Assembly: GCA_005776585.1 (NCBI GenBank)
Contig: SXOX01000103.1
Coordinates: 137,410 to 201,409, forward strand
Direction of reading: 5' to 3'
DNA: 64,000 nucleotides
Origin: Pseudomonadota bacterium
Lineage (GTDB): Bacteria; Myxococcota_A; UBA9042; GCA-2863065
Shown one piece after another: positions 17,474 through 26,961 of this stretch. The notes below the pieces were generated by a model that saw nothing but the letters and a program-made list of their open reading frames with translations, was not told the origin of the DNA and made no database searches. The position numbers and the translations under genes are program-made. The stretch's first letter is position 1. Each line of letters starts with the position of its first letter.

Positions 17474-17553
17474 CCATGAAATGAACCGGGGGTCCCCTCG
17501 CCTCGCCTTCGAGTCGGGAGCCCCTCAGTCATGGGTTTTTGAGGAGGCTCTTC

Positions 17554-20500
17554 ATGCACCGCCCCCTGCGCTGCTGCGCGCTGCTACTGCTTCTCGCGGC
17601 GCCCGCGAGCTGGGCCGACGACAACCGAATCGCCAAGATCTCGGTTGACGAAGGTCCCAACAACACGGTCGTGACCATCGAAGGTAGCGCGACCCCGACG
17701 TTCACGGTGTTCAAGCTGCTGGATCCCGTGCGGCTGCTCATCGACGTCGTTGGCGGGGACATCACCTCCGTCGCCACCACGATGCAGGTCCGCAATGGCG
17801 TCATCCACGACATCGAGACCGTGCGGTTTGCCTCGAGCGGGCAGAAGGTAGGGCGCATCGTCATCGGTTTCGACCGAGACGCCCCGTACACCGTCAAAGC
17901 CGACGGGACGCGCATTCGCGTCGTCGTCGATGGCACCGACCGGCGCTCTCCCAGCATCGAGAGTGAGAAGGAAGTCCAGAAGCGCATCCAGGCGGTCATC
18001 GAGTCCGAGAAGGCGCTCAAGGCGGAGCTCGGTCAGGCCAAGGACCGCGAGCTCAAGCTGCGCGCGACGCATGAAGCGACCATCGCCGACCAGAAACGGC
18101 TGGCCGAAGCGTTGGCCACGAGCAAGGCCGACGTGGCGCGGCTGAAGCTGGCGCTCGAGGCGCGCACGACGGACGTGGCGAAGGACGCCGACGCCGCGCG
18201 GCTCGCGGAGAAGCGGCTGCTCGAGGAGCAGAAGCGGCTGGCGCAGTCCGAGGTCGATGCGCTCAAGCGCGAGAAGCTGCGTGCGAGCGAGGAGAAGGCC
18301 GCGGTCGACGCTGCGCTCGCGACGGCAGAGGCCCGCCGCACCGCGTTGGAGAAGGCGCTGGCAGCCGAAGAGGCCCGGCGCAAGGCGGCAGAGCAGGCCC
18401 GGCTCGAGGAAGAGGAGCTCGTCCGCAGCGTGCGCAAGGCGCGCGAGGCCGAGGAGAAGCGGCTGGCGGAGGCCAAGAAGCTCGGCGTCGTGCAGGGGGA
18501 CCGCGAGGTCGCGATGAACGACGTGCGCAAGGCCGCCGACGCCTACCGCGGGCGCGCCGAGAAGGCCGAAGCGGAGCTCGAGGCCGCGCGCACGGCGCTG
18601 GCCAAGGCGCGCTCGGACCGGACGGACGGCGCGAAGGTGGGCGCGTTGCAGGACGCACTCGAGCGCAAGGAGCGGGAGCACAAGGCGACGCTGGCGGACC
18701 TCGATCGGGCGCGCAAGGCCGCCGAGGCCAAGGCCACGGAACTGCAACGGGCGTGGGAGCTCGCCAAGGCGGAACTCGCGACTGCGGAGAAGCGGGCCGA
18801 GCGCGAGTCCACGGCCAAGGACGCCGCCGTGGCGCGCGAACGTGCCGCCAAGGAGGCCGCGCTGGCCAAGGCCAAGGCGAAGGGAGACGCCGTCGCCGAG
18901 CTCGAGAAGCGCGAGCAGGAGCGGGTCAAGGCCGAGAAGATCGCGGAGGACGTCGCGACCGCGCGCGCCGTGCTGGCCGAGCAGCTCAAGCTCATCGCGA
19001 GCCGCAAGGCCGATCTCGCCGAGGCGCAGAAGGCGCTCGCGGCCGAGCGGCACGCGCTCGACGAGGTCGTCAAGGCGCGGGCGCGGGCGAAGTCCGACGT
19101 CGAGGCGGCCGCAAAGGCCAAGGGCGCGCTCGATCAGGCGATCCAGGCGCGGTCGACCGAGATCGCCCGTCTCGAGGGTCGACTCCAGAAGGCCGCGGCG
19201 TCGCGCGGCACGCTCGATCGGGACCTTGCCAAGCAGGAGCAGGCCGTCCTCGCCGTGGGTGCGCGGCTCGCGCGCGAGAAGGAGGACCTTGCGGCGGTCC
19301 TGGCGCAGAAGTCGCTGTTCAAGAAAGAGATCAACGCGCTCAAGGCCGAGGTCGGGAAGTCGCGGGCAGAGCTCTCCGCCATCGAGAAGGTGCTCGCCAA
19401 GGACAAAGACGAGGTCAAGCGCCTCGCCGCCGAGCGACTGGCGACCGAGAAGCGCGTGCAGACGCTGACAGCCGACCTCGCCCGCCTCGAGCGCGGGATC
19501 CATGACGGCGGAGACCGTCTCGCGCTCCAGCGGCTGCTGGATGAGCGCAAGGCCGAGATCGTCACGCTCAAGCGGTCGCTCGACAACGCGAAGTCCGAGG
19601 GCGGCGCCGAGCGCCTGGCTCAGGAGAAGCGGCTCGAGGCTGCGCTTGCCACCGCGCGGGCCGAGGCCGCCAAGACCAAGGAGGGGCGCGAGAAGATCGC
19701 GGCGCTCGAGAAGTTCCTGGCCGCCCAGAAGGCGGCGCTCAAGAACGCCGAGACCGGACAGATCGCGTCTTCGGCCGACAAGAAGGCCGCGGAGAAGCGG
19801 CTTGCGCAGCGCGAGGCTCAGGTGAAGGAGCTCGAGGCGGCGCTCGGAGCGGCGACCGCGCAGAAGCGGGAGGCCGTGGATCTGGCGCGGCTCAAGGACA
19901 AGGAGCTCAAGCACGCGCTCGCCCAAGCGACGAAGGAGTCCGGCAAGACCCAGAAGGACGCGGCCAAGGCAATCGCGGCCGCCAAGACAGAGCTTGCGAC
20001 GGCCACGGCGCGGCTCGCCAAGATCGAGTCTCACCTCAAGGAGGCTACGGCCTTGCAGCTCGCGACCGAGAAGAAGCTAGGCGTCGCTCAGCACGACCTC
20101 ACCACGGAGCGTCACCAGCACGCGGACACGCGCAAGGAGCTGGCGCGCACGGCGGAGCAGCGTGCGGCGGCGCTCGCTGCGGCCGAGAAGCTCGACAAGG
20201 CGCTCGGCACCGCGCGTGCGGAGCTGGCGGAGTCCCGGCAGCGGATTCAGGGGCTGTCGGCGCGTCAGACGGCAGCCGATCGCGAGATCGCACGGCTCGA
20301 GCGGTCGCTGGAGCAGGCTCGCGCCCAGGGAGGCAACGCCGGCTCGGCGGCGAAGGCGCTCGAGGCGGAGCTGGCCAAGGCGCGGAGCGAGCGCAAGGCG
20401 GCGGAAGAGGCGCTCGCGGCCGATCGGGCTCGGAGCGCGCGACAGGTCGCCGAGGCCAAGAGCGCGCTCGACAAGGCCGAGCAGCGGCGCAAGGCGCTCG

Positions 20501-23500
20501 AGGGCGAGCTAGAGACGGCCTCGGCCAAGCTCAGCGACGTCATCGCCCGGGAGCGCAAGGCTACGGCGGCGGCGCAGACGGCGGTCAAGGCCGAGCGCGC
20601 CCGCCACGAGAAGGTGCTGGCCGACAAGCTTGCGGCGATCGCCGCGCTGGAGAACGAGCTGCGCACGAAGGACGCTTCGGCGACGGCGGCCGCCGAGCTT
20701 GCGCGCCTGGCTGAGCGGGCAACTGCGCTCGCGACGGAGGCGGCGGAGGCCAAGAAGAGCCTGGCCAAGGCCGCTCGGGACGCCAACAAGCTGCGGACCG
20801 ACCGCGACAAGGCCAGGGCCGAGACGGCTCGATTGCGGACAGAGCTCACGGCGGCCCGGTCCAAGGGCAGCGAGCGCAAGGATCTCGCCGAGGCGCTCGC
20901 CGCGTCGGAGAAGGCCAAGGCGCGGCTGGAAGCGCTGCTCGCCACCGCCGCGCAAGAGCGCAAGAAGGACCGCGCCGAGGCACACGCCAGCGTCAAGGCA
21001 CTGGAGACGCGTCGCTCCGAGCTCGAAAAGCAGCTCGCGACCGACCGAGCCATGCGCGTCGCCGTCGAGGCGGACCTCGCGCAGGCGCGCAAGGGGCTCG
21101 GCTCGGCGACGGTCTCCCAGGCCCAGCTCACGGCGCTCGAGGCCGAGCGCGATCGGCTCACCAAGGCGTTGGCCACGCGCGACGCGACGGTCGCCGGGCT
21201 CGAGCGCGAGCTGGTCAAGGCACGCGCCGTCGCCGACGTGCAGACGGAGCTCGCCCGCGCCCTCGCGGACGTCGCCGAGGCGAAGAAGGAGACGAGCGCG
21301 GTCAAGGCGGAGCTGGCGAAGGCTGCCGCACGGCTAGAGGCCTTGCAGCACGACAAGCAAGCCGCCGAGCGGGAGGTCGCGCGCCTTCAGAAAGCGGTGG
21401 CGCTCGCGCCGCGCGGTGATGATGCCGCGCTGCGACGGGAGCTCGAGTCCGCGCGGGGTCAGGTCGCGCAGCTCGAGCGTCAGCTCTCGACGGTCAAGGA
21501 CAGCTCACGCGAGCTCGAGTCGCTCAAGACCAAGCTGGGCGAGGCCAATGACCGCATCGCGTCGCTCGTGCAAAAGAACGTGGACGCCACCGAGCGCGTC
21601 ACGTCACTCGAGGCCGCAGTCGCCGCCGCCAAGCGGTCGGGACAGCCGGACTCGGCGCTTCAGCGCGACTTGGCCGAGGCCCGGACACAGCTTGCCGCGC
21701 TCGGCAAGGCGCTCGACACCGAGCGCCAGGCGCGCCATGACGAGAAGGCGCAGGCCTCGGCGCAGATTCGGGACCTGGAGTCGCGCAAGACGACCCTCGA
21801 GCGGGAGCTGAGCGAGCGGCGCGCAGAGGCGGCCCGGATGGCCGCCAAGGACGCGGGGGCCGAGCGTGCGGCGCTCGAACGCGCCGTCGCGGACAAGACG
21901 GAGGCCATCGGACGGCTCGAGAAGTCGCTGTCGGAGGCGCGCGCTCGGGAGGGGGCCGCCGCCGAGCTCGAGTCGCGCCTCGTCGAGGCGCGCGATGCTG
22001 AGCGCAAGGCGTTGGCCAAGGCCGACGATGCGGAGCGGCGCGCCAAGTCCGCCGAGTCGCAGCTCGGCGAGGTGAAGGCACGCGTGGCGGTCCTCGAGAA
22101 GGGCAAGGCCGAGGCGGACGCCGAGGCGCAGCGGCTCGCTACTGCACTGAAGGATCGGGAAAAGCCGGCGACCAAGGACATCGCAACCAAGGACGCCGCG
22201 AAGGAGACGAGCAAGCTCACCCGGATCACCAACGTGGCGTTCAACGAGAAGAACAACGTCAGCCGCCTCGAGATCGAGCTCGATGGCTCCGACGCCACCT
22301 ACGAGGTGGTCGAGAAGACCGACCAACGCATCGTGCTGGTGGTCGACAAGGCGCGCATCCCGAAGGTGCTCGAGCGGCGGCTCGACGTGAGCGACTTCTA
22401 CGGCCCGGTGCGAATGGTCTCGACCTACGCCGATCCGCAGGACGAGTCCAAGGTGCGTGTCGTCGTGGACCTCGCCGAGTCCGTGCGGAACACGCTGGCC
22501 AAGAAGGGCAACCGGCTCGTGTGGGAGTTCATGAATGGCGAGCGCGTTCACTCCGGCACTGCGGTGGCCAAGGCGGACACAAAGTCAGACACTCGGGCTG
22601 AGAGGCCCGGCAAGGCGAAGACCCGCGAGCCGTGGACCAAGGAGCCCAACGTCCGCTACGAGCCGACCGCGGTCGGCGGCGACCAGACCGGGCCGACCGG
22701 CGGTGGTGGCGTGAACATGCCCGGCGGTGGCACCGACTTCGGCGTGCTCGATCCGTTCCCGAAGCGCGCCCAAAAGCGCAAGTACAAGGGCCGCAAGATC
22801 AACCTGACCATCAAGGACGCCGACATCCAGCAGGTGCTCACGTTCCTGGCGCGTGAGGGCGAGGTCAACATCATCGCGTCCGAGAACGTCCAGGGTGCCG
22901 TGACCGTCCACCTGAAGGACGTGCCGTGGGACCTGGCGCTCGACATGATCCTCAAGTCCAAGGGCCTCGACTACGTCGTGGAGGACGGCGTCTATCGCGT
23001 GGCGCCGGTTGATGTCATCCAAAAGGAGTTCGACCAGGAGCTCGAGAAGCGCAAGAAGCTCACGGAGCTCAAGCGCCTCGTGGTGAAGCTGGTCACGGTG
23101 AACTACGCCGACGCCGACAACCTGAAGGCGCGGCTGAAGGACATCCTGTCGCCCAAGGGCACCATCGACACCGACGTGCGCACCAATACGCTCATCATCA
23201 AGGACATCGAGGAGCACGTCATGGCCGCCGAGGATCTGGCGCGCCGGCTCGACACGCAGACGCCGCAGGTGCTCATCGAGGCGCGCATCGTGGAGGCCTC
23301 CAGCAACTTTGCGCAGGACGTGGGCATCCAGTGGGGCGGCAACTACACGGCCTCGCCTGCCTTCGGCAACGAGACCGGGCTGGTGTTTCCGGGCATCCTG
23401 GGTCTCTCGGGTGCGGCGGACGACGTCAACGCGCCCTCCACGGGGTTGCTCGACCCGACTCCTGGTTACGCTGTAAATCTTCCCGCTGCCGTTGGCGGCG

Positions 23501-24075
23501 GTAAGGGCGGTGCCCTCGGCCTGACGCTCGGCACGCTCACGGGGTCCGGCAGCATCAGTCTGCGTCTCTCGGCGGCGGAGGAGCGCGGCACGGTGAAGAT
23601 CATCAGCTCGCCGCGCATCGCGACCCTCGACAACACCGAGGCGACCATCAACCAGGGCATCTCGATCCCGATCTCGGTCGTCAGCTCGCTCGGCGTCAAC
23701 ACGCAGTTCTTCAACGCGTCGCTCGAGCTGCGCGTCAAGCCGCACGTGACGCAGGACGGGCACGTGGCGATGAAGATCGACATCACGAAGAACGAGCCGA
23801 ACTTCAGCCAGACGGCTGCCGCCGGTAACCCGACCATCGAGCGCAAGGAGGCGCACACGCAGCTGCTGGTCAAAGACGGCGACACCGCGGTCATGGGCGG
23901 CATCTTCACCCGCAACTCGTCACAGTCGTTCAAGAAGGTGCCAGGTCTCGGCGACATCCCGTTCCTCGGCTGGCTGTTCAAGAGCCGCGTCTCGACGGAC
24001 AAGCGCACCGAGCTCATCCTCTTCATCACCCCGCGAATCATCAACCGCGCCGCCGCTCGCGTGCGCGTGGACTGA
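17554..24075 (+). CDS. pilQ: Type IV pilus secretin PilQ with a giant (~1400 aa) coiled-coil insertion between two AMIN domains
   Basis: ATG 17554 follows GAGGAGG (17541..17547). The signal peptide ends ASWA-DD. AMIN-like domain 1 is about 17620..17940. A continuous A/E/K/R/L-rich helical region spans about 17960..22200. AMIN-like domain 2 is about 22215..22530. The N0/N1 and secretin core follow (INLTIKDADIQQVLTFLA...VLIEARIVEAS...ISSPRIATLDN...VPGLGDIPFLGWLFK...ELILFITPRII). Confidence 0.9.
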   Translation: MHRPLRCCALLLLLAAPASWADDNRIAKISVDEGPNNTVVTIEGSATPTFTVFKLLDPVRLLIDVVGGDITSVATTMQVRNGVIHDIETVRFASSGQKVGRIVIGFDRDAPYTVKADGTRIRVVVDGTDRRSPSIESEKEVQKRIQAVIESEKALKAELGQAKDRELKLRATHEATIADQKRLAEALATSKADVARLKLALEARTTDVAKDADAARLAEKRLLEEQKRLAQSEVDALKREKLRASEEKAAVDAALATAEARRTALEKALAAEEARRKAAEQARLEEEELVRSVRKAREAEEKRLAEAKKLGVVQGDREVAMNDVRKAADAYRGRAEKAEAELEAARTALAKARSDRTDGAKVGALQDALERKEREHKATLADLDRARKAAEAKATELQRAWELAKAELATAEKRAERESTAKDAAVARERAAKEAALAKAKAKGDAVAELEKREQERVKAEKIAEDVATARAVLAEQLKLIASRKADLAEAQKALAAERHALDEVVKARARAKSDVEAAAKAKGALDQAIQARSTEIARLEGRLQKAAASRGTLDRDLAKQEQAVLAVGARLAREKEDLAAVLAQKSLFKKEINALKAEVGKSRAELSAIEKVLAKDKDEVKRLAAERLATEKRVQTLTADLARLERGIHDGGDRLALQRLLDERKAEIVTLKRSLDNAKSEGGAERLAQEKRLEAALATARAEAAKTKEGREKIAALEKFLAAQKAALKNAETGQIASSADKKAAEKRLAQREAQVKELEAALGAATAQKREAVDLARLKDKELKHALAQATKESGKTQKDAAKAIAAAKTELATATARLAKIESHLKEATALQLATEKKLGVAQHDLTTERHQHADTRKELARTAEQRAAALAAAEKLDKALGTARAELAESRQRIQGLSARQTAADREIARLERSLEQARAQGGNAGSAAKALEAELAKARSERKAAEEALAADRARSARQVAEAKSALDKAEQRRKALEGELETASAKLSDVIARERKATAAAQTAVKAERARHEKVLADKLAAIAALENELRTKDASATAAAELARLAERATALATEAAEAKKSLAKAARDANKLRTDRDKARAETARLRTELTAARSKGSERKDLAEALAASEKAKARLEALLATAAQERKKDRAEAHASVKALETRRSELEKQLATDRAMRVAVEADLAQARKGLGSATVSQAQLTALEAERDRLTKALATRDATVAGLERELVKARAVADVQTELARALADVAEAKKETSAVKAELAKAAARLEALQHDKQAAEREVARLQKAVALAPRGDDAALRRELESARGQVAQLERQLSTVKDSSRELESLKTKLGEANDRIASLVQKNVDATERVTSLEAAVAAAKRSGQPDSALQRDLAEARTQLAALGKALDTERQARHDEKAQASAQIRDLESRKTTLERELSERRAEAARMAAKDAGAERAALERAVADKTEAIGRLEKSLSEARAREGAAAELESRLVEARDAERKALAKADDAERRAKSAESQLGEVKARVAVLEKGKAEADAEAQRLATALKDREKPATKDIATKDAAKETSKLTRITNVAFNEKNNVSRLEIELDGSDATYEVVEKTDQRIVLVVDKARIPKVLERRLDVSDFYGPVRMVSTYADPQDESKVRVVVDLAESVRNTLAKKGNRLVWEFMNGERVHSGTAVAKADTKSDTRAERPGKAKTREPWTKEPNVRYEPTAVGGDQTGPTGGGGVNMPGGGTDFGVLDPFPKRAQKRKYKGRKINLTIKDADIQQVLTFLAREGEVNIIASENVQGAVTVHLKDVPWDLALDMILKSKGLDYVVEDGVYRVAPVDVIQKEFDQELEKRKKLTELKRLVVKLVTVNYADADNLKARLKDILSPKGTIDTDVRTNTLIIKDIEEHVMAAEDLARRLDTQTPQVLIEARIVEASSNFAQDVGIQWGGNYTASPAFGNETGLVFPGILGLSGAADDVNAPSTGLLDPTPGYAVNLPAAVGGGKGGALGLTLGTLTGSGSISLRLSAAEERGTVKIISSPRIATLDNTEATINQGISIPISVVSSLGVNTQFFNASLELRVKPHVTQDGHVAMKIDITKNEPNFSQTAAAGNPTIERKEAHTQLLVKDGDTAVMGGIFTRNSSQSFKKVPGLGDIPFLGWLFKSRVSTDKRTELILFITPRIINRAAARVRVD

Positions 24076-24097
24076 GCGGAGCGGTATCCTTCCGACG

Positions 24098-24646
24098 ATG
24101 AGCGCTACCTCCCCACGACACCTGGTGCTGGTCGGCCTGATGGGCGCCGGCAAGTCGACCGTTGGCCGCCTCGTGGCCACGCGGCTGGCGAGGCCGTTCA
24201 TCGACCTCGACGCCGAGATCGTCGCTCGTGCGGGCGCGACCGTCGCCGAGCTGTTTCGCAGCCGTGGCGAGGAGGGGTTTCGCGACATCGAGGCCCAGAT
24301 GCTCGCCGCCGTCTTGGACCGGAGCGAGCCGCACGTCGTGGCGGCGGGCGGCGGCGCGCTGAGCCGACCGGAGAGCCTGGCGCGTGTCGTTCGGCAGTCG
24401 GACATGGTCTGGCTCCGCGTGAGACCCGAGGTCGCCGCCGCGCGATGCCGGTCACAGGGTGTCGGCGTGCGTCCGCTGCTCGACCACGTCGAGCCGGTCG
24501 ACCGGCTGCGTGCGTTGCTCCAGGTCCGCGAGCCGGCGTACTCCAAAGCGCCGCTCGTCCTGGACACCGACGACGCCACGCCCGACGTGATCGCAGAGCT
24601 GCTGCTGAGTCGCCTCCGCCTCGGCATGAGCGCGGTCGAGGCATGA
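24098..24646 (+). CDS. aroK: Shikimate kinase
   Basis: LVLVGLMGAGKSTVGR is the Walker A motif, followed by FIDLD and FRDIE. 182 aa. Confidence 0.9.
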   Translation: MSATSPRHLVLVGLMGAGKSTVGRLVATRLARPFIDLDAEIVARAGATVAELFRSRGEEGFRDIEAQMLAAVLDRSEPHVVAAGGGALSRPESLARVVRQSDMVWLRVRPEVAAARCRSQGVGVRPLLDHVEPVDRLRALLQVREPAYSKAPLVLDTDDATPDVIAELLLSRLRLGMSAVEA

Positions 24647-25779
24647 CCGTGCTCACCCACCGGCTCACGGTGCGACACGCCGCCGGAAGCTATCCGGTCG
24701 TCGTCACGCCCGACGACCTCGCCGGGCTCGGTCCCCTGACCCGCGAGCTGCTCGGGGTACGGCGCATCGCGCTCGTGACCGACGAGAACGTCGCGCGGTT
24801 TCACCTCGAGGCGGCCGAGCACGCTCTCCGCGGAGCCGGGCACAGCGTCGAGGTCCTCGTGCTGCCGCCCGGTGAGGCGAATAAGACGCCGGCCAGTCTG
24901 GAGCACCTGTGGCTCTCGATGGCCTCGCTTGGCTTCGATCGGGGCGCGGTCGTGTGCGCCCTCGGCGGCGGCATCGTCGGTGACGTCGCCGGCCTGTGCG
25001 CCGCGACGTGGCACCGCGGCGTGGATCTGGTCCAGGTGCCGACGACGCTGCTCGCTCAGGTCGCCTCCAGCGTCGGCGGCAAGACCGCGGTCAACTTGGG
25101 CGGCACCAAGAATGTCATCGGCGCGTTCCACCCGCCGCGCCTCGTGTACGCAAGTCTTGCGACGCTCACCACCCTGCCTGTGCGCGAGCTCCGTGCCGGC
25201 CTCGGCGAGGTCGTCAAGCACGCCGTCATCGGGCGGCCGGAGCTGTTGAGTCAGCTCGAGGCCGAGGCCGAGGAGCTCGTCGGCGCGCGGCCGCAGACGC
25301 TTGCGCCGCTGGTCGCGGCCTGCATCGAGGTCAAGCGCGACATCGTGGAGCGCGACGAGCGCGAAGCGGGCCCGAGACAGGTCCTCAACTTCGGCCACAC
25401 CTTTGGCCACGCGATCGAGACGGTCACCAATCACGCCCTGCTGCACGGCGAGGCCGTCGCGGTCGGCATGGTCGCCGCGTGCCGCCTCGCCGAGGCTCTC
25501 GGGCTGTCGACTCCGCACGTCCGAACCGCGATCGTCTCGGCCCTCCGCGCCTGTGAGCTGCCGCACGACGACCGCGCCTATTGGACGCAAGCGGTCCTCA
25601 ACGCGATCCTGCGCGACAAGAAGGTCCGCGGCGGACAGGTCCAGTTCGTCATCGCCGCCGACCTCGGCCACGTCGCGACGACACCTATCGATCTCGACGT
25701 CTTGCACCGATTCTTCGTGAAACCGCCTGCGTCGACCGAGCCCGAATCGACGTACGACGCTGTGAGGAGCGACCCATGA
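24643..25779 (+). CDS. aroB: 3-dehydroquinate synthase
   Basis: 378 aa from ATG 24643, which overlaps the aroK stop (ATGA). AroB motifs are present: GGGIVGDVAG, TTLLAQVASSVGGKTAVN, LNFGHTFGHAIE. Confidence 0.9.
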   Translation: MTVLTHRLTVRHAAGSYPVVVTPDDLAGLGPLTRELLGVRRIALVTDENVARFHLEAAEHALRGAGHSVEVLVLPPGEANKTPASLEHLWLSMASLGFDRGAVVCALGGGIVGDVAGLCAATWHRGVDLVQVPTTLLAQVASSVGGKTAVNLGGTKNVIGAFHPPRLVYASLATLTTLPVRELRAGLGEVVKHAVIGRPELLSQLEAEAEELVGARPQTLAPLVAACIEVKRDIVERDEREAGPRQVLNFGHTFGHAIETVTNHALLHGEAVAVGMVAACRLAEALGLSTPHVRTAIVSALRACELPHDDRAYWTQAVLNAILRDKKVRGGQVQFVIAADLGHVATTPIDLDVLHRFFVKPPASTEPESTYDAVRSDP

Positions 25780-26837
25780 CCCGCCGCAACAAGATGCTGT
25801 TTGGACTCGCGATTGTCGTCCTCGTGGGCTGCCCGCGCCAGGAGCCGACGGTGCTGGTCGCGCAGGCCAACCTGCCGCTGAACGACCAGTGCCTCGCGAC
25901 GCCGTCCGCCAGCCAGTACGTCTACCTGCCCGAGGGAACGCTGGACCTCTCCGCCAACCGCGACGGCTACCTGGCGGCGGTGCAGCTCTTCAACAACATG
26001 TCCTTCTCCAACCAGGTGACGGGTCTCGGCGCCACGAACGCGCGCCTCGACACGTCCATGATCCGCATCGTGGGGGCGATGGTGAGCTACGAGGTCTCCG
26101 GCCTCGACGTGTCGCTGCCGAGCGAGTTCTTTGCTCCAACGACGGTCACCATCAACCCGACGCAGGCCAGCATCGCTGCTGTACGCATTATTCCGTCGGA
26201 GGTCGTGCAGCTGCTGCGCACCGACAAGTGGTTCACCGGACCCAAGAGCAGCCGCGATCCGATGCTCAACGACTGCCGGCGCGTCGTGACGGGGGAGGAC
26301 AAGGACGTCAGCTGGAGCAGCGCGCCGATCGGCGGACGTGAGGCGCGCATCCTCGTGCGGATGACCTTCGAGGGCCGCATCGGCGATGGCACGCAGGTGC
26401 TCTCGAACGAGCTGCGCTACCCGATTCGGATCTGCAATGGCTGCCTCATGCCCAAGTCGTTCGGCGCGTGTGAGCTCGCTCGCCAAATCAACTTGGGTAA
26501 ATCGGTCATGTGCGACAAGAAGATCTGCGTGGCCGGGCAGGACACGTGCGTCGACCAGTTCTCGTGCTTCAACGACTACTACTACGTGGACGCCAAGGAC
26601 TTCCAGATGCTGAACGACTGCGCGAAGGACCCGGTGTTCCTCGACGCACACAAGGGCGAGGTCATGGCCGGCTGCGACGACCTCCTCTATCCGTTCGGCG
26701 GGCCCGGTGCCGCGACCCCTGGCGAGCGGTTGAATCATCTGCTGATTCGCCACGCCCTGTCTCAGGTACAGACCTACTGCGGGCTAGCGGGGGACTCGCC
26801 CCTGTACGAGACCTCGACGAACATCCCCAAGCCGTAA
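25776..26837 (+). CDS. Cysteine-rich lipoprotein of unknown function
   Basis: MTRRNKMLFGLAIVVLVGC provides the lipobox. GAGGAG lies at 25764..25769. The ATG overlaps the aroB stop (ATGA). The C-terminal third has about 10 Cys. I recognise no family. Confidence 0.7.
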   Translation: MTRRNKMLFGLAIVVLVGCPRQEPTVLVAQANLPLNDQCLATPSASQYVYLPEGTLDLSANRDGYLAAVQLFNNMSFSNQVTGLGATNARLDTSMIRIVGAMVSYEVSGLDVSLPSEFFAPTTVTINPTQASIAAVRIIPSEVVQLLRTDKWFTGPKSSRDPMLNDCRRVVTGEDKDVSWSSAPIGGREARILVRMTFEGRIGDGTQVLSNELRYPIRICNGCLMPKSFGACELARQINLGKSVMCDKKICVAGQDTCVDQFSCFNDYYYVDAKDFQMLNDCAKDPVFLDAHKGEVMAGCDDLLYPFGGPGAATPGERLNHLLIRHALSQVQTYCGLAGDSPLYETSTNIPKP

Positions 26838-26961
26838 GGCGCGTCATGGGAGGCGGTCACGCGCGCCACTTGACCGCGAGGCGGCTCGGACCTATCAACG
26901 CCACGTTGCAACGGTGCGCCGCGTGGGGCTCACTCTTGACCTGGACGATGCGCAAGCTCCC

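Noticed and set aside
17539-17553. TTG 17539 as the pilQ start (track ORF)
   Set aside because: ATG 17554 is preceded at ideal spacing by GAGGAGG (17541..17547), which would lie inside the coding sequence if TTG were used.
17584-20034. 816-aa minus-strand ORF (and many shorter ones) inside pilQ
   Set aside because: It is antisense to the coiled-coil region. Its Arg/Leu/Gly/Pro-rich low-complexity translation mirrors the sense A/E/K/R codons. It has no motifs and no independent start signal. This is a typical high-GC shadow ORF.
26870-26898. TTGACC-N17-TATCAA as an aroQ promoter
   Set aside because: The -10 hexamer lacks the conserved final T, and the genes appear co-transcribed. The evidence is too weak to list as a feature.
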